From IMG/VR virus record IMGVR_UViG_3300028591_000090, positions 32,001 through 96,000 of that record: 64,000 bases of DNA. One strand, given 5' to 3'. Origin of the DNA: a virus (taxonomy: Duplodnaviria; Caudoviricetes). Shown here in pieces: positions 18,540 to 25,560 of the stretch; position 1 is the stretch's first letter; every line of letters starts with the position of its first letter. Position numbers and translations under genes: made by a program. Under the pieces are notes generated by a model. The model worked only from the letters and a program-made list of their open reading frames with translations. It ran no database searches and was not told the origin of the DNA.

Positions 18540-18626
18540 TGGCTCAAATCGGACTCGAACCGATACGAGCATTTCTGCCCCTGGGATTTTAAGTCCCATG
18601 CGTACTACCAATTTCGCCACTGAGCC
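18540..18626 (-). tRNA. tRNA-Leu (TAA)
   Basis: TGGGA-CTTAAAA-TCCCA, long variable arm. Confidence 0.9.
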
Positions 18627-18634
18627 AAAATTTG

Positions 18635-18751
18635 AGTCGCCAACTGGATTCGAACCAGTATCTCCAATGTGATTTAGGAAAATCTTACGTATTGTACAGA
18701 ATGAGGCTGTACCGACCTCAAATACGTTGGCACCTATTAGACGATGGCGAC
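18635..18751 (-). ncRNA. tRNA-like RNA with pseudoknotted ~40-nt insertion in the D region
   Basis: Perfect GTCGCCA/TGGCGAC acceptor and T arm; insert ACGTATT[TGAGG..GTACAG CCTCA]CTGTAC AATACGT. Confidence 0.55.
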
Positions 18752-18757
18752 AAAAAG

Positions 18758-18860
18758 TTGTGTTAGATGGATTCGAACCAACAATGTATGCTATTCTACA
18801 TGCTTATTTACATACTCCTACCACAAATGTAGGTGGGTTTACCATTTCCCCTATAACACG
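18758..18860 (-). ncRNA. class II-like tRNA with TTG anticodon and very long variable arm
   Basis: CCTAC-ATTTGTG-GTAGG; ~34-nt variable region closed by GTATG/CATAC. Confidence 0.55.
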
Positions 18861-18867
18861 AATTTTG

Positions 18868-18939
18868 TTGCGAGAGAGGGATTCGAACCCACGACCTACA
18901 GCTTATGAGGCTGCCGAGCTACCTCTGCTCTATCTCGCA
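18868..18939 (-). tRNA. tRNA-Met (CAT), initiator-like D arm
   Basis: GCAGC-CTCATAA-GCTGT; GAGC/GCTC D stem. Confidence 0.85.
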
Positions 18940-18952
18940 ATATATTTTATTG

Positions 18953-19026
18953 TGGTCGTTCTACGACTCGAACGTAGGACTTCTTCGGTATCAGCGAAGT
19001 ACTCTAACCAACTGAGTTAAACGACC
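18953..19026 (-). tRNA. tRNA-Ile (GAT)
   Basis: CTTCG-CTGATAC-CGAAG. Confidence 0.9.
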
Positions 19027-19039
19027 AAGAATAATCAAA

Positions 19040-19435
19040 ACTAAAAAGTGTGTTTAATCATTAAGTAACATTATAGTAAACACAGATTATTGTCTACATC
19101 CGTAACACGGCTTTCGTTACTAATCACTTTGCAAGCAAAGGCAACAATAATCTTTTACTTTTTTACAAACTCTTTTTCTGTTCGATGGCGAGTTTATTTA
19201 TGGTCCATTTCCGTTGCCAAGTAACATAATTCATAGCAAACAATCACGGAAACCTACGATGAGTTGTTGAGTAACAAACAAAAGTTGCTATATCAAGGAC
19301 GACATATATATAATCGGCTAAATGACCGACTTTCAGAACCTTGTTCTGCTATCCGAGATTATCTTACCTTGATTTAAGATAGATACAAATTCATTGTATC
19401 TCTTGGAGAGTTTAGGCAGTAGTTGTCTTTCTACT
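19040..19435 (-). ncRNA. large (~400 nt) unidentified structured RNA
   Basis: About ten helices, long-range AAACTCT/AGAGTTT, pseudoknot ATCAAGG/CCTTGAT, no ORF. Confidence 0.6.
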
Positions 19436-19437
19436 TG

Positions 19438-19511
19438 CGGGTAGTACGAGATTCGAACTCGTGAACTCCTCATAGACAGTGAGGAATGATAGACCGCTTC
19501 ACCAACTACCC
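19438..19511 (-). tRNA. tRNA-Asp (GTC)
   Basis: CCTCA-CTGTCTA-TGAGG. Confidence 0.88.
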
Positions 19512-19629
19512 AAATTTGAGGTTATTTTTATACGTATGGCTCGTAAACTTATTCTGTCTTTCTTATGCGTTCTGCTGTTACACATTAGTCTAAAGAAGTA
19601 ACATCTATAAGTATATTTACGATTTCCAT

Positions 19630-19729
19630 TTCACCTCAAGCATCATTTGTTTAAATGCTTACGTTTACATCTTTTTCCTTTTCCCGTATGTCAAAGAACT
19701 CGTTTGTTTTATTTAACGATGCAAATATA
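19630..19729 (-). promoter_or_regulatory. internal promoter, boxA-like element and conserved leader hairpin
   Basis: TATATTTGC (19721-29), GAGTTCTTTGACATACGGGAAAA, AGCATTTA..AAATGATGCT..AGGTGA; paralogous to 21715..21847. Confidence 0.75.
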
Positions 19730-19785
19730 CAACAATGTTTTGAAACAACCAAATAAAACAACAACTTTTTTTTATTTTTTTTTTG

Positions 19786-19871
19786 CGGAGATTGTAGGAC
19801 TTGAACCTACACGTCTTACGACTACTGACAGTTTAGCAAACTGCTCCCTTACCAATTAGGGTTAAATCTCC
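19786..19871 (-). tRNA. tRNA-Ser (GCT)
   Basis: GCAGT-TTGCTAA-ACTGT, long arm. Confidence 0.9.
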
Positions 19872-19881
19872 ATATTATATG

Positions 19882-19954
19882 TACTCGTGCAGAGACTCGA
19901 ACTCCAATCTTCAGATCCGTAGTCTGATATTCTAATCCATTGAACTACACGAGC
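19882..19954 (-). tRNA. tRNA-Arg (ACG)
   Basis: TCAGA-CTACGGA-TCTGA. Confidence 0.9.
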
Positions 19955-19959
19955 AGTTG

Positions 19960-20031
19960 AGCACTCTATTGGAGTCAAACCAATTTATACGGTTTTGCAG
20001 ACCGCCACCTAAATCGTCCGGTACAGAGTGC
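19960..20031 (-). tRNA. tRNA-Cys (GCA)
   Basis: GCGGT-CTGCAAA-ACCGT, U73. Confidence 0.82.
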
Positions 20032-20195
20032 AAAAATGTGTTGGAAAATCCTCGTGCAACACCACACGCCAACTCAACGATTTGGCTCCATCTCGTAAGA
20101 TGCTACTTTAGAAAGTTTTCCCAAAGCATTCACACAATTAGTGTGAGAGACGTTTCGATCCTACTTTTAACATGTATTATATGTAGGCTATAATG

Positions 20196-20267
20196 AGCAG
20201 ATAAAGAGAATCGAACTCTCATCTCCAGAGTGGAAGTCTGGAGCACTAACCATTGTGCTATATCTGC
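20196..20267 (-). tRNA. tRNA-Gly (TCC)
   Basis: CCAGA-CTTCCAC-TCTGG, U73. Confidence 0.9.
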
Positions 20268-20272
20268 ATAAA

Positions 20273-20512
20273 TTATCTTAATTCAATTAATTCTTCTTTT
20301 TCTATTGCTTTACGAATCCAACGCATCAAAATAATTGCTTTATCATAATGGCACATAAACGTAGCAGTTTCTCCTACATCGTGTGTGTCTGCCAAATTGA
20401 TTTCCAATTGATATTTTTTACCACTTTCTGACGTTAATTCATAAATTGCAACACCGCCTGCTTTAACGCAAACCATATCTGCATTTCCTTTAATAATATC
20501 TTTCAAATCCAT
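20273..20512 (-). CDS. small hypothetical protein inside the tRNA operon
   Basis: Start moved to MDLKDIIK (the longer call overlaps tRNA-Pro). Confidence 0.7.
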   Translation of the reverse strand: MDLKDIIKGNADMVCVKAGGVAIYELTSESGKKYQLEINLADTHDVGETATFMCHYDKAIILMRWIRKAIEKEELIELR

Positions 20513-20531
20513 AATATATGTATTATTTTTG

Positions 20532-20604
20532 TCTGGGTAGCAAGACTCGAACTTGCGACCTGATGGTCCCAAACCACCCGTTCTACCAACTGAACTATAC
20601 CCAG
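20532..20604 (-). tRNA. tRNA-Pro (TGG)
   Basis: GGTGG-TTTGGGA-CCATC. Confidence 0.9.
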
Positions 20605-20613
20605 TTTATTTAG

Positions 20614-20686
20614 TGACTCCGATGAGGTTCGAACTCATGACCCCATCCTTAAAAGGGATGTGCTCTCCCAACTGAGCTACGAAGTC
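20614..20686 (-). tRNA. tRNA-Lys (TTT)
   Basis: CATCC-CTTTTAA-GGATG. Confidence 0.92.
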
Positions 20687-20954
20687 ATGTGCTAATATCG
20701 TATGTTCTTCGTTTTGTTTGTTCTGGGCGGTTAAAAGAGAACAACAGATTTGGTAGTCTTTTCAATCTTAGCATTTTCTGAAAAGAATCGTTCCGCACCT
20801 ACGTCTAACTTTTGTACTATTCACCACGAGTTTACGATGACCTTGAGTCTGTTTACGATTACCAGTCGTTCCAGAAGTCCATCTACATAGTTACTTTGGC
20901 AAGTTTCGTCTATGCCAGCGTTTGTTTATAACCTCAACGCAATTTGGTATTTTG

Positions 20955-21029
20955 TGGAAGCGATGGGACTTGAACCCACGACTTTCTGCGTGCAAGGCAG
21001 ATGTTCTAGCCAAACTGAACTACACCCCC
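20955..21029 (-). tRNA. tRNA-Ala (TGC)
   Basis: TCTGC-CTTGCAC-GCAGA; G3.U70. Confidence 0.92.
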
Positions 21030-21039
21030 ATAAAAGAAT

Positions 21040-21250
21040 CTTGACGTATTTCTTATGAGAATTCCTTCAACGGATTATTTAGTGCCATTAAATAACCATT
21101 CCTTTGATTTTGTCTGTTATGCATAAATGAACTTATGCACTCTAACCATATGTCATATACGTTAGAATGTTTTCCCGACAAATCGTGAAGGTTAAGGCTC
21201 AAAGTACTAAGTTTACCTTTTCTTCACGACTGCTATGATATAGCGTCAGG
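21040..21250 (-). ncRNA. unidentified multi-hairpin RNA (~210 nt)
   Basis: Ends pair (CCTGACG/CGTCAAG); TCGTGAAG/CTTCACGA, TGCATAA/TTATGCA and other internal hairpins. Confidence 0.5.
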
Positions 21251-21261
21251 CTGCAATTGCG

Positions 21262-21346
21262 TGGGAGAGGAGGGATTCGAACCCCCTGTGTTTCTATGTG
21301 CTGGTTTTACAGACCAGTGCTACTCCACCATCGTAGCCGCTCTCCC
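21262..21346 (-). tRNA. tRNA-Tyr (GTA)
   Basis: CTGGT-CTGTAAA-ACCAG. Confidence 0.9.
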
Positions 21347-21352
21347 AAAATG

Positions 21353-21439
21353 CGGAGAGGGAGGGATTTGAACCCCCGGTGCTTTTTAGGGCACGACGGT
21401 TTTCAAGACCGTTGCAATAAGCCTCTCTGCCACCTCTCC
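21353..21439 (-). tRNA. tRNA-Ser (TGA)
   Basis: ACGGT-CTTGAAA-ACCGT, long arm. Confidence 0.92.
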
Positions 21440-21452
21440 GAGTAAAATTTTG

Positions 21453-21526
21453 TTGGCTTAGTGAGACTCGAACTCACACTTTATAGGTTTTGAATCTATT
21501 TCCTCTACCGATTGGGATACAAGCCA
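21453..21526 (-). tRNA. tRNA-Leu (CAA), short variable loop
   Basis: Loop TTCAAAA; body similar to Leu(TAG) at 16034. Confidence 0.8.
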
Positions 21527-21533
21527 ATGTTGT

Positions 21534-21587
21534 CTATCTAGTGTGATTCGAACACACGTGCTCATGTTTCTAATGCAGGCCTAGATA
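21534..21587 (-). ncRNA. mini-tRNA (acceptor plus T arm, no D arm)
   Basis: TATCTAG/CTAGATA stem stacked on GTGTG-TTCGAAT-CACAC. Confidence 0.5.
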
Positions 21588-21601
21588 ATGATAAAATTAA
21601 G

Positions 21602-21674
21602 AGCTCCCACACGGATTTGAACCGCAGTCCCCTGATTACAAGTCAGGTATAATAACCAACTATACGATAGGAGC
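21602..21674 (-). tRNA. tRNA-Thr (TGT)
   Basis: CCTGA-CTTGTAA-TCAGG. Confidence 0.9.
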
Positions 21675-21714
21675 GTAAGAAGGTTTTTGTTGTTACACAG
21701 GTGGATAAACCACT

Positions 21715-21847
21715 TCACCTTTAGCATCATTTAATAAATGCTTCTGCGTTTGTTTGAATTTTGCTCTATAATCTTTTTCCCGTATGTCAAAGAACTTTTG
21801 GATTATTTGTTGTCGGTTTATCCATTCCGATTTTTTTTGCAAATATA
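21715..21847 (-). promoter_or_regulatory. tRNA-operon promoter, boxA-like element and leader (leader arm of the inverted repeat)
   Basis: TATATTTGC 21839-47, AGTTCTTTGACATACGGGAAAAAG, leader hairpin shared with 19630. Confidence 0.75.
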
Positions 21848-21864
21848 CACAATATTTTTAAATT

Positions 21865-21905
21865 AAAAAAGGCTTTTGAATTTTTTTTATGTTCAAAAGC
21901 CTTTT
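21865..21905 (-). terminator. attenuator terminator (mutually exclusive with antiterminator 21937..21955 / 21887..21905)
   Basis: AAAAGGCTTTTGAA/TTCAAAAGCCTTTT stem ending in a T6 tract. Confidence 0.75.
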
Positions 21906-21934
21906 CGATATATATATTGTGTATTGATTTCTAC

Positions 21935-22027
21935 CTAAAAGACTTTTGAACATAAACGAGGGGCACTTTCGCAATTTTTATGTTGCGAATACAATGTTGT
22001 TCCTGCTATGTTAAAAATCTTTTTCAT
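21935..22027 (-). CDS. putative attenuator leader peptide MKKIFNIAGTTLYSQHKNCESAPRLCSKVF
   Basis: 30-codon ORF after TAAATAA and an A-rich initiation region; last codons form the antiterminator arm. Confidence 0.7.
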   Translation of the reverse strand: MKKIFNIAGTTLYSQHKNCESAPRLCSKVF

Positions 22028-22219
22028 TTTTTTTATTTATTATTAAATTTTTATTTCTTTTTAAATTTTAAATTTTGGTAAACATTCATCATTTTCTTTT
22101 TTTAATTTTTCTAAATCACTCTTATATGGTTTTCTACCATTTTTTTGATTTTTCTTTAATCTTCCACCACCAATAAGAGGGATTCTTTTTCCAACATAAA
22201 ATCCCATAATTTTTAAATT

Positions 22220-22753
22220 TTAATCAAACCAATAAATTATTCTAATATTTTCTGTTTCTAAATGAAATCCTTCTTCATTACATGATAGGTCAGATTGATA
22301 TACTTGACCTAAAATTTCGTGAAAGAAAGAATGTAAATTCACATAATCGTTAAATGCAGAAAACTCATCTTCCAATATTGCATTTACATCTTTTCTTTCG
22401 AGGTCATCAAAAGATTTATCTTTTAGTAAACCTCTACATATTTCGTATTCATTATAATGACAGAAAGCATTTAGTTCATTATGCAATCTTCCATAGTGGA
22501 AATCACCCAATTGTGATATTTCTGCTAAAGTTGCCCAAGATTGTCCATAACTATTTTTTGATTGTGCAAAACTATTTACTTTTGCAGTACAATCTTTTGG
22601 CAAACCTCTTTTTTCAAATGGTCTTTCCTCGAAACTATTAGCAGAAAACATATCACGTATTCTACCTTGTTTCCATTGTGGACGTTTAGAAATTAATTTC
22701 CAAGTACCATCTGAATATTTTGCTTCTACTATGTAATTAAAATATGAACTCAT
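22220..22753 (-). CDS. hypothetical phage protein
   Basis: RGLPKD...SWATL.E...RIIYWFD pattern; own promoter. Confidence 0.7.
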   Translation of the reverse strand: MSSYFNYIVEAKYSDGTWKLISKRPQWKQGRIRDMFSANSFEERPFEKRGLPKDCTAKVNSFAQSKNSYGQSWATLAEISQLGDFHYGRLHNELNAFCHYNEYEICRGLLKDKSFDDLERKDVNAILEDEFSAFNDYVNLHSFFHEILGQVYQSDLSCNEEGFHLETENIRIIYWFD

Positions 22754-22828
22754 TTTCTATTTCATTTACGGTGCAAATATACAAATAATTTTTTAATTTG
22801 CAAAATATTTTTTAATTTTTTTTTGAAA

Positions 22829-23284
22829 TTATTTTCCAGTTGAACCGAAACCACCATCTCCACGTTCTGTTTCAGACAATTCTTCTGCAACGACAAATTG
22901 AATTTCTGGGATTGGAACAATCATCAACTGACCAACTCTATCACCAACAGAATATTCAGTACAGATTTTTTTAACGCTACTTGATGTATTGATTTGTTTT
23001 ACGTGTCTATTATATTTGAAAATAATTTCACCTCTATAACCAGAATCAATAACGCCAACGGAATTACATAGAGATAAGTCTGTTTTTGATACAGAACTTC
23101 TTGGGAACAATAATGCAACGTGTCCTTTAGGTACTTCAATAGCAAGACCAGTTCCATAGGCAACAACTTCACCGTTCTTTTCTTCTGTTCTACTTGTTGC
23201 TACCAAATCAACACAAGCATCACCATCTTTTGCATATGCAGGAATAACTGCATCTTCGTTTAACTTTTTAATTTTTACTTCCAT
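22829..23284 (-). CDS. dut: dUTPase (trimeric)
   Basis: ACVDL, PRSS, GVIDSGYRGEI, GQL, RGDGGFGSTG. Confidence 0.95.
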   Translation of the reverse strand: MEVKIKKLNEDAVIPAYAKDGDACVDLVATSRTEEKNGEVVAYGTGLAIEVPKGHVALLFPRSSVSKTDLSLCNSVGVIDSGYRGEIIFKYNRHVKQINTSSSVKKICTEYSVGDRVGQLMIVPIPEIQFVVAEELSETERGDGGFGSTGK

Positions 23285-23287
23285 ATT

Positions 23288-23572
23288 TTAAATATTATTT
23301 TTTTTCTCTAAATAATCATTAGCTACGAATTTCAAACTATATAGCACATCCGTTTTTCTATAATAGATATTCACGGGGTCTTGCACTTGCTCGCACGACC
23401 AACCTATTCCTGCCTCAAAAGCACCTATAAAAACATCAATCGCATTTTTTACAAAAGCATCTCTTTCTTCTTTTTGAGATTCATTAGGATAATATTCTAA
23501 CGCCTTATCTTTTAAAACATCAATAAATGTTTTATTTTTTTGTTCGTTTAACTTTTTAATTTTTACTTCCAT
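23288..23572 (-). CDS. hypothetical protein sharing MEVKIKKLNE N-terminus with the dUTPase
   Basis: ORF track; duplicated 5' end. Confidence 0.6.
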   Translation of the reverse strand: MEVKIKKLNEQKNKTFIDVLKDKALEYYPNESQKEERDAFVKNAIDVFIGAFEAGIGWSCEQVQDPVNIYYRKTDVLYSLKFVANDYLEKKNNI

Positions 23573-23577
23573 ATTTT

Positions 23578-24027
23578 TTATAAATTATTTTCTAATTTTT
23601 CAAGTTCTTCTACCAATTTGATTTGCGAAAAGAAACATTTCTTTTTTGCTTCTTCCAAAGTAAAAAATGTTGGATTGCAAACCTCTGGAATTTCAACATC
23701 TTTATCATTTACTTTTATGATGCACGTATTTGATTTGAAATTATCAAAATCAAACTCACCATGTGCTAAAAATATTTTAAGATATTTTTTATTAACGGTT
23801 GTAATATGTTCGTTATTCTGGTCCTCATCATAAACAAGATAAATATCTCCGTTTATTTTATTATTTGTTTCTTCAAAGAACTCTCTTCTTGCACACTCTT
23901 CAAAATCTTCTCCCTCATTAACAACACCTTTAGGAACACCAAAACATCTTTCACGATTATTCCCTGTTGCTTGAACAAAAAGATATTTTCCGTCTTTATT
24001 TCTTAATGCAATTCCACAACTTACCAT
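23578..24027 (-). CDS. NUDIX hydrolase
   Basis: PKG.....E....CARREFFEET Nudix box. Confidence 0.88.
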   Translation of the reverse strand: MVSCGIALRNKDGKYLFVQATGNNRERCFGVPKGVVNEGEDFEECARREFFEETNNKINGDIYLVYDEDQNNEHITTVNKKYLKIFLAHGEFDFDNFKSNTCIIKVNDKDVEIPEVCNPTFFTLEEAKKKCFFSQIKLVEELEKLENNL

Positions 24028-24031
24028 AATA

Positions 24032-24250
24032 TTAATCTCCTATAGAACAAATTTCATCAAGAACGAACATATATGAATCCTCGACAGAATCTAATGCATC
24101 TAACCAGAAATCTTCAAAATCGCCTTTGATTACATATCTAACAACTGATACTAAAGTTGCACCAGTTAAAAAAAACAGAATAGTTGTTATCATAAAACAA
24201 AAAAATAAGATAACCAACAAAATAACTAAAAGTCTTTTAAGATATTTCAT
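24032..24250 (-). CDS. small membrane protein
   Basis: Long hydrophobic N-terminus. Confidence 0.6.
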   Translation of the reverse strand: MKYLKRLLVILLVILFFCFMITTILFFLTGATLVSVVRYVIKGDFEDFWLDALDSVEDSYMFVLDEICSIGD

Positions 24251-24253
24251 AAA

Positions 24254-24427
24254 TTAATAAAATTTTTTATCGTCAACAAATATTTTACCACAATGCTTAC
24301 AAGCGTATACACGATGAAGTTCTTTTAGGTATTCTTTTCTGTCTGTATACTCAAAATAGTAAGACTTATCTTCATTTAGAAGCTCCCACTCATGTTTGCA
24401 AAATAATTTTTCAAATATTTTTTTCAT
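24254..24427 (-). CDS. small Zn-ribbon protein (LFCKHEW...CKHCGK)
   Basis: 57-aa ORF below the track cutoff, translated by hand. Confidence 0.6.
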   Translation of the reverse strand: MKKIFEKLFCKHEWELLNEDKSYYFEYTDRKEYLKELHRVYACKHCGKIFVDDKKFY

Positions 24428-24623
24428 AGTTAGTATATTTTTCTTGTGAACACGAACAACTGTCTATATTTTGCTTTTCTAATATTTCAACCTTAATTAA
24501 TTCTAAAGCATCACATTGATGCTCAAACATCAAGACATCTTCTCTTGTCAATAGACTAATTAAGCCTCCAGTAATTAATCCACCAATAACTACACCGAAT
24601 AAAAAACATTCTAACTGTTTCAT
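24411..24623 (-). CDS. small membrane-anchored protein
   Basis: ORF track. Confidence 0.55.
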   Translation of the reverse strand: MKQLECFLFGVVIGGLITGGLISLLTREDVLMFEHQCDALELIKVEILEKQNIDSCSCSQEKYTNYEKNI

Positions 24624-24638
24624 AACCTTTACTTTTTA

Positions 24639-24704
24639 TAATTTAACTCTGCAAATATACAAAATAAAAATCAATTAACCAAATTATTTTCATATTTTTG
24701 TTTA
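24639..24704. repeat. 66-bp direct repeat copy 1 (copy 2 at 25872..25937)
   Basis: Identical; encodes C-terminal KQKYENNLVN* and the -7 promoter of the next gene. Confidence 0.9.
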
Positions 24705-24922
24705 TCGACATTATAAGACACCCAAGTAGTATAATCGCATTTAGGACAGTCATATCCTCTACCACCTTGGCTATCTGTATCAAATAATTTCAATTTATTT
24801 CCACAACAAGGGCATATTCCATTGTTGTAGGATTTCTTTTCTCTATTATAAGCAATCAAAAAAATTGCTATCCAAATGAGGATAACAATTGCCATTAAAA
24901 TATAAAATAATATACAACACAT
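24671..24922 (-). CDS. membrane-anchored Zn-ribbon protein
   Basis: TM helix, CPCCG...CPKC. Confidence 0.65.
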   Translation of the reverse strand: MCCILFYILMAIVILIWIAIFLIAYNREKKSYNNGICPCCGNKLKLFDTDSQGGRGYDCPKCDYTTWVSYNVDKQKYENNLVN

Positions 24923-24947
24923 AATTTATTTTTTTTTAGTTTTTTTT

Positions 24948-25520
24948 AAAAAAAAGGGTTTGTGAAACCCTACCACACTATGTTACCATAGATAAACAAC
25001 GCCTTTCACTAGTATACTTGGCATCAATCGTAATATGAGTTTATATCTCATGTTCTCTAACTAGTATAACGAGGGTTTCCCTTAGCCGCAGCACCCACGA
25101 TGATATAGTTGTTTGTTGTGGTCTTGACTGCTTTACCATATTGAAATTCTTGCAAGTAAGTTTGTTTTGAATATATGTAGGATTTCATACCTACAACTTC
25201 CTACAGCCTAGTAGTCCTCTGATTCTTGACGGTAATATATTCTCAAACCAATTTCAACTTAGGTATCTCCTTTTCAGTCTACACGATTATAAGAATCTTT
25301 TATCCAGTGCAATGGGCTGTCTTCTTCCATTTTATTGACAGCATCTTCTCATTTTCGCTCGGAATAATCCTTACACATTATTAGTTAGTGTTACAAATGT
25401 AATAGATTCACCATACAATGCCTACGGCTTACTCTTATGCCTTTACCAAGGCAGCTATTACATTAAGGATTTCCCGAATTTAGGAGATTCTACATAGGGA
25501 TTTCTCGCCTATGCACACAA
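24948..25520 (-). ncRNA. group I ribozyme-like RNA without apparent exons
   Basis: P3 TCTCCT/AGGAGA, P4 TTCGGGAA/TTCCGAG, P7 T-A-GACTG/CAGTC-A, P9-type CTATG-GTAA-CATAG; upstream boxA-like element; ends in terminator GGGTTT/AAACCC-T7. Confidence 0.7.
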
Positions 25521-25560
25521 AATTATTTCAAAGAACTCTTTAATAAATTTTGGAGGTTAT

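Noticed and set aside
19040-19435. tmRNA or RNase P RNA identity
   Set aside because: No tRNA-Ala-like ends or tag ORF, and no GAGGAAAGTCC-type P4 motif found by eye.
15947-21949. Plus-strand ORFs across the tRNA region
   Set aside because: Antisense shadows of tRNAs and ncRNAs, with no coding-like composition.
24948-25520. IStron or intron within a protein gene
   Set aside because: No internal ORF, both flanking ORFs are complete, and a terminator follows immediately.
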